Translations under genes and position numbers: made by a program | The notes under the pieces: generated by a model | The model's input: only the letters and a program-made list of their open reading frames with translations | The model's database searches: none | Told to the model about the DNA's origin: nothing | Origin: Setoptus koraiensis | Lineage: Eukaryota > Animalia > Arthropoda | Assembly: GCA_048013815.1 (NCBI GenBank) | Contig: CM106586.1 | Span: 11,780,001-11,844,000, forward strand | DNA length: 64,000 nt | Reading direction: 5' to 3' | Part shown: in pieces, positions 63,651-64,000 of the stretch | How positions within the stretch are numbered: position 1 is the stretch's first letter | How the letters are laid out: every line of letters starts with the position of its first letter

Positions 63651-64000
63651 TGCAGTCCTTTTGCTAGTATATACATTGCGTTCCAGGACCTCGCTAAGGA
63701 CTCTCTTAATTTGCTCTCCAATCGCCCTCTGAAAGCTAACCGTACGAAACGCCAATGAGCTCGATGAAAATGCAGGGACGTCGTGCGAGCGCAAGTTTAG
63801 TTCCTTGTGTGCGGAATCCAATGAAAACAAATGGGAAATATCCGATGATCCCCTATAGGGGCCCGGCTCGAAGTCGACTAAATAAGGATCCACTCTATAA
63901 AAGTCCGATAGTAATAAGTGGTCTGAAAGCGCGTCTGGTATCCAGTTTGCAGCTCCGAACAATTTCGCTACCTCATCCAGTGCAAACAAGATACCTTTAC

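Noticed and set aside
63037-63989. ORF-track ORFs spanning the N gap
   Set aside because: Artefacts of translating Ns. The post-gap minus frame has GAANWIPDALS, loosely like the LTR-retroelement N..ADALSR motif, but this is too little to call.

Overview
Eukaryotic, intron-poor animal DNA. An arthropod, possibly an acariform mite, is inferred from the orthologue set, short or absent introns and Q/N-rich proteins, but the taxon cannot be proven from this window. Gene-dense blocks (about 3-21 kb and 53-61 kb) carry HscB, a compact Crumbs, drk/GRB2, Myt1 kinase, Slu7, ABT1/ESF2, GAPVD1, CHMP2B, FDXR and a divergent Hus1. They flank a repeat-rich, gene-poor stretch (about 24-39 kb), a small two-exon secreted-protein gene and a giant Q/N/S-rich gene of about 2,600 aa. 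An intact DD37E-type ITm transposase sits at the right end beside a 500-N gap, with a decayed relative near 2.2 kb. The standout is ORF 13243-14652, an intact chimera lying head-to-head with the Myt1 gene. It joins an inverted duplicate of the Myt1 kinase domain (DFG changed to DLG, activation segment deleted) in frame to a PCNA-binding PIP box and a PR-Set7/KMT5A-type H4K20 SET domain. Its 3' end overlaps an apparently C-terminally truncated Slu7. All exon structures, mismatch counts and family assignments were read by eye or from recalled family motifs; no database searches were run.
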